A stretch of DNA of 64,000 nt, taken from contig CAWJDX010000030.1 of assembly GCA_963841755.1 (NCBI GenBank), positions 78 through 64,077 on the forward strand, read 5' to 3'. A model generated the notes under the pieces. It had not been told where the DNA came from. It was given only the letters and a program-made list of their open reading frames with translations, and ran no database searches. This document shows positions 63,355 through 64,000 of the stretch, piece after piece. The stretch's first letter is position 1, and the number at the start of each line of letters is the position of its first letter. This DNA comes from an uncultured Candidatus Rokubacteria bacterium. Its GTDB lineage: Bacteria > Methylomirabilota > Methylomirabilia > Rokubacteriales > CSP1-6. Position numbers and translations under genes: made by a program.

Positions 63355-64000
63355 TCAGTTGGCCGGGCGGAGCTTCTTCACTTCGTCGTCGGACGGCAGC
63401 ACCTTCTCGCCCGGAATCAGCTCGTGGTTGACCATGATGCCGACGCCCCGCTGCGCGTCGAGCTTGGTCGTGCCCACCCACGCGCCCATCGTCGACTGGC
63501 CGTCGGAGGCGCGGAAGGTGACCGGCCCCATCGGGGTCTCGACCTTGAGGCCCTTGAAGGCGGCCACCAGCTTCGGGGTCTCGGGCGCGCCCGCCTTCTT
63601 GAGCGCCTCCGCCACCGAGAGATAGGTCACGTAGCCGATCAGCGAGCCCAGCACCGGGTTCTTGTCCCCGCGCTTGACGTAGCGGGCGACCCACTCCTGG
63701 TGGCCGGCGATCTTCACGTCGTACCACGGATAGCCGGTGACCAGCATGCCCTCGGGGGCCTCGAGCTTGAGGGGATCGATGTACTCGGGCTCGCCGAGCA
63801 GGATGCCCACCACGAACATCTTCTGGAAGAGCCCGCGCTTGCCCGCCTCGCGCACGAAGGCGAGCCAGTCGCTGCCGAAGAGCGAGACGTAGAGCGCGTC
63901 GGGGTTCTGGTTCAGGATCGCGGTCACGAGCGGGCCCGGCTCGATCTTGCCGAGGGTCGGCCAGTGCTCGCCCACCACCTGCACGTCCGGCTTCAGCTCC
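63355..64000 (-). CDS. Branched-chain-type ABC substrate-binding protein (5' end outside window)
   Basis: PDALYVSLFG.D, TGYPWY, KAG..ET.KLV.A..G...ETPMG...FRA.D.Q; lies upstream of liv genes. Confidence 0.85.
   Translation of the reverse strand, partial: ELKPDVQVVGEHWPTLGKIEPGPLVTAILNQNPDALYVSLFGSDWLAFVREAGKRGLFQKMFVVGILLGEPEYIDPLKLEAPEGMLVTGYPWYDVKIAGHQEWVARYVKRGDKNPVLGSLIGYVTYLSVAEALKKAGAPETPKLVAAFKGLKVETPMGPVTFRASDGQSTMGAWVGTTKLDAQRGVGIMVNHELIPGEKVLPSDDEVKKLRPAN

Overview
Very GC-rich bacterial chromosomal window. Gene content and order suggest Candidatus Rokubacteria / Methylomirabilota, but this is inference and was not verified. Main blocks, in order: (1) an aromatic 2-oxoacid:ferredoxin oxidoreductase (IOR-like) cluster with a crotonase, a hydrolase and an HxlR-regulated PaaI-MATE-MFS unit; (2) housekeeping runs recG-rsmD-coaD-aminotransferase-coxG, rpmB, and yebC-ruvCAB-DUF2905-spoIID-csaA-queA-tgt-yajC-secDF-rel-zincin; (3) an acyl-CoA thioesterase/dehydrogenase pair and a peptide ABC transporter; (4) an actinobacterial-type proteasome operon (arc-dop-prcB-prcA-pafA) followed by glgB-glgX-gdh; (5) a liv-type ABC / enamidase / DUF1185 / LLM / Mo-hydroxylase catabolic cluster. 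About 14 single-base frameshifts fall in housekeeping genes and are best read as long-read assembly errors. Two observations stand out. First, an AbiEi-type antitoxin-like regulator with a long operator palindrome has no toxin partner and is followed by two unannotated 23-aa and 13-aa poly-lysine microproteins with strong RBSs. Second, the Pup-proteasome operon has no pup/UBact gene and is preceded by a sigma54-type promoter. Several families of palindromic intergenic repeats are also present. No tRNA, rRNA, CRISPR array or transposase was seen.
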